DNA of 64,000 nucleotides from a candidate division FCPU426 bacterium. GTDB taxonomy: Bacteria > Oederibacteriota > Muellerivitia > Muellerivitales > Muellerivitaceae. Location: NCBI GenBank assembly GCA_963719085.1, contig CAVRAL010000001.1:960001-1024000 (forward strand), given 5' to 3'. Under the pieces are notes generated by a model that worked only from the letters and a program-made list of their open reading frames with translations, was not told the origin of the DNA and did not search any database. This document shows, one piece after another, positions 61,546 to 64,000 of the stretch. Positions within the stretch are counted from its first letter, which is position 1. Every line of letters starts with the position of its first letter. The translations under genes were made by a program, and so were the position numbers.

Positions 61546-62994
61546 TTATTTCTGTGCGGTCGGAGGTGGATTAAAAATCTCAGGCTCCGCCACCGGCTTT
61601 TCCGAATGGGGCGTTCCCGTCGGCACCCATTCGTACGGCACCGGGATAGCCCGGTAAACGTAATTACTGATCACCTGAGCGTTTCCCGTGGGCGCCCAAA
61701 CCTTGTCGCCGGGTTGGTTCACGTAGGGATTAACGTATTCCCAGACGATCTTGCCGGTTGGGGTGATCTGGAAGAATCTTCCGTCACTTCCCTCATCGAT
61801 AAAAGTATTGCCGTTGGGAAGACGCCTGGCATCGCTGACGAAATGACTGCGGAAGGTCCAAGCCGTGCGACCCGAATCCTCACCCGTGTATTGCCAAATG
61901 ATCTGTTTGGTCACCGGGTTGATTTCCAACACCCGGGAGCCGCCCAACAAGGAAACCGGGGGATAGCCCGCGCTTCCCTGGTTGTCAAATACCAAAAGAT
62001 TGCCGGCGCCCGGCAAGCCCTCGGGAATAATCTGGGCGTCATGCTGGCCCGAGATTTGATCCACCGGACGGGGCAATTGGCTCTGCGGATTGTCCACGAA
62101 TTGGCTGGTCACCTTCACTTTGACGCGGGGAAAATCCGGACCCAGGCGCCAAACGACCTTCCCCGTTTTTTTGTCGATGATGATGATGAAGTTGGCGTTG
62201 CGGGAATCCGTGATGATGTTGTCCGGATTAAACCGCTGGTCACCTTCGTCAAACCAATGGTTGGGCCCTATGGGTTTCATGTTGTTGAAATGAAGATACT
62301 CGACATTCTTGCCCCGCCCCACGACCTCACGCAGATATTGCAGGTCGCTCGGGGTAAAACCGAACTCGGCCAAATGGTCCCCTGCGGTCCAAGTCCAGGC
62401 GATTTTCCCATCGGGCGTGACTTCATAAAAGACTTGGTCATGCACCGGCGCCTTTACCAATCCCTTTACCGGATGGGTGACATTCGAGAGGATCAGGGTA
62501 TTGCCGTTGGGCAGGCGCGCCCAATCATGGTGCTGGTCCGCGGCCCCGCCGGGGGCATTCTGGCCCCATTCCCAAACGGTTTTGCCGTCCCAATCCAGCT
62601 CACCGAATATCTGGTTGTTGAAAAAGCCCCGTTCCCGTCCCGGCGCGTTCTTGAGTTGTAGCAGAACATGCCCCAACTGTCCGCCCGCCAGCTTCGGGTC
62701 GAGCAACCCCGCCGGGAAACCCACATGAGGCCAGGAATGGACTTCATTCCCGTCCAAATCGATCAAGTGGGTTTTTCCGTCCGGCGCGGAAAAAATCACG
62801 TAGCTATTGTAGGCCTGGGTCGGATCGTAAATCGTGGTGCCCGTCTCAAAAATCCGGGGATTGGCCGAAAGAGTCGAAATCCCCGCCAACCCAATTCCCG
62901 CCGCCAAGGACAAAATCTTTAACGAACCCCAAAAAATTCCTGGCGGGGACGCGATGGGTCCCCGCCATTTCGATAGTTTGTCGGATTTATTCAT
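61546..62994 (-). CDS. Exported arylsulfotransferase (ASST)-like protein, middle paralog
   Basis: QHHDW, YLHFN, GQHDA, LVFDN, RRLPNGNTFI.EG. Confidence 0.82.
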   Translation of the reverse strand: MNKSDKLSKWRGPIASPPGIFWGSLKILSLAAGIGLAGISTLSANPRIFETGTTIYDPTQAYNSYVIFSAPDGKTHLIDLDGNEVHSWPHVGFPAGLLDPKLAGGQLGHVLLQLKNAPGRERGFFNNQIFGELDWDGKTVWEWGQNAPGGAADQHHDWARLPNGNTLILSNVTHPVKGLVKAPVHDQVFYEVTPDGKIAWTWTAGDHLAEFGFTPSDLQYLREVVGRGKNVEYLHFNNMKPIGPNHWFDEGDQRFNPDNIITDSRNANFIIIIDKKTGKVVWRLGPDFPRVKVKVTSQFVDNPQSQLPRPVDQISGQHDAQIIPEGLPGAGNLLVFDNQGSAGYPPVSLLGGSRVLEINPVTKQIIWQYTGEDSGRTAWTFRSHFVSDARRLPNGNTFIDEGSDGRFFQITPTGKIVWEYVNPYVNQPGDKVWAPTGNAQVISNYVYRAIPVPYEWVPTGTPHSEKPVAEPEIFNPPPTAQK

Positions 62995-64000
62995 GGCTCA
63001 CCGCGTTCAATCCAAAGACATCCGGCTTGACGACGGCCTTTTCCGAATGGGGTGTTCCAACCGGAACCCATTCATAGGGCACCGGGATGGCCCGGTAAAC
63101 GTCATTGCTAATGATCGCGCTGCCGGTGGCGGAAAGCCTATTGACGTAGGGACTCACATATTCCCAAACAATCTCGCCCGTCGGCGTCACCTGGAAAAAC
63201 CGTCCATTCATACCTTCATCAATGAAGGTATTTCCATTGGGAAGACGCCTGGCATCGCTGATGAAATGGCTGCGGAAAGTCCAGGCCGGACGGCCCGAAT
63301 TTTCGGCCGTATATTGCCAAACGATTTCTTTTTTCACCGGGTCGATTTCCAGCACCCGGGAACCCGGGCCCGTCGCGACGGGCGGGTAACCGGCGCTTCC
63401 CTGGTTATCGAACACCAGCAAATCGCCCGCGCCTTGCAGTCCCTCCGGAATAATCTGGGCGTCATGCTGGCCCGAGATTTGGTCCACGGGCCGGGGCAAT
63501 TCGTCCTTCGGACTTACGGACAAACCCGCGGCTATTTTCAAGCGGGGATAATCTGGGCCTAATCCCCAAACCACCTTCCCGGATGGCTTGTCGATAATGA
63601 CGATGAAATTGGCGTTACGTGAATCCACGATGATGTTGTCAGGATTGAAACGTTGGTCTCCCGCCTCAAACCAATGGTTTTTTCCAACGACCTTCATGTC
63701 GTTGATGTGCAGGTAATCCACGTTCTTGCCGCGCGCGACGACCCCGCGCAGGTAGGCCAAGTCCGATGGGCTGAAACCAAACTCACTTAAATGATCTCCC
63801 GCCACCCAGGTCCAGGCGATCTTGCCGCCCGGCGTCACTTCGTAAATGACATCGTCCAAGACGTCCTGATCGGACAAAGCCTTAACCTTGTGGGTGAGGT
63901 GGGACAAAACCAGGGTGTCGCCATTGGGCAGACGGCCCCAGTCATGGTGCTGTTTGGCGGCCCCGCCGGGCGCCTCCGTTCCCCATTGCCAAACGGTTTT
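62987..64000 (-). CDS. Arylsulfotransferase (ASST)-like protein, 5' end outside the window
   Basis: Frame stays open to the window edge (KTVWQWGTEAPGGAAKQHHDWGRLPNGD); YLHIN, GQHDA. Confidence 0.82.
   Translation of the reverse strand, partial: KTVWQWGTEAPGGAAKQHHDWGRLPNGDTLVLSHLTHKVKALSDQDVLDDVIYEVTPGGKIAWTWVAGDHLSEFGFSPSDLAYLRGVVARGKNVDYLHINDMKVVGKNHWFEAGDQRFNPDNIIVDSRNANFIVIIDKPSGKVVWGLGPDYPRLKIAAGLSVSPKDELPRPVDQISGQHDAQIIPEGLQGAGDLLVFDNQGSAGYPPVATGPGSRVLEIDPVKKEIVWQYTAENSGRPAWTFRSHFISDARRLPNGNTFIDEGMNGRFFQVTPTGEIVWEYVSPYVNRLSATGSAIISNDVYRAIPVPYEWVPVGTPHSEKAVVKPDVFGLNAVSHE

Overview
This 64 kb bacterial chromosomal window has every credible gene on the minus strand. In transcription order (high to low coordinate) it holds five blocks. 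(1) A sulfur island: three tandem arylsulfotransferase-like paralogs, a family 2A encapsulin with its cysteine desulfurase cargo, and a porin-sbp-(HPr-like)-cysT-cysW-cysA-cysD-cysN operon. The leaders carry five copies of a SAM-II-like pseudoknot RNA, each with its own intrinsic terminator: two in tandem before the encapsulin and three in tandem before the sulfate operon. A separate, unidentified structured RNA with a terminator precedes the HPr-like gene. (2) Glycogen and housekeeping genes: GH57, glgB, accA, amidase, GerMN, valS, nadC, birA, coaX. (3) Two DUF2723-type membrane proteins, a PilT-TPR fusion and a TsaP-like gene. (4) A chemosensory cluster with no chemoreceptor (cheR, TPR, MshEN-CheW, TPR, P-II, cheY, cheC, cheD, cheW, cheY, cheB, cheA, cheC), then a degenerate GGDEF protein, dprA and topA. 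(5) argB, nrdR, DUF1015, eno, cysM, a JAMM peptidase, yjbQ, a ferredoxin, tmRNA, a GIY-YIG gene, an alcohol dehydrogenase and a lipoprotein, with two families of palindromic repeats between them. The strongest novelty candidates are the tandem transcriptional SAM-II-like riboswitch arrays and the pilus/competence-linked chemosensory system. All calls come from reading motifs by eye; no searches or folding programs were run.
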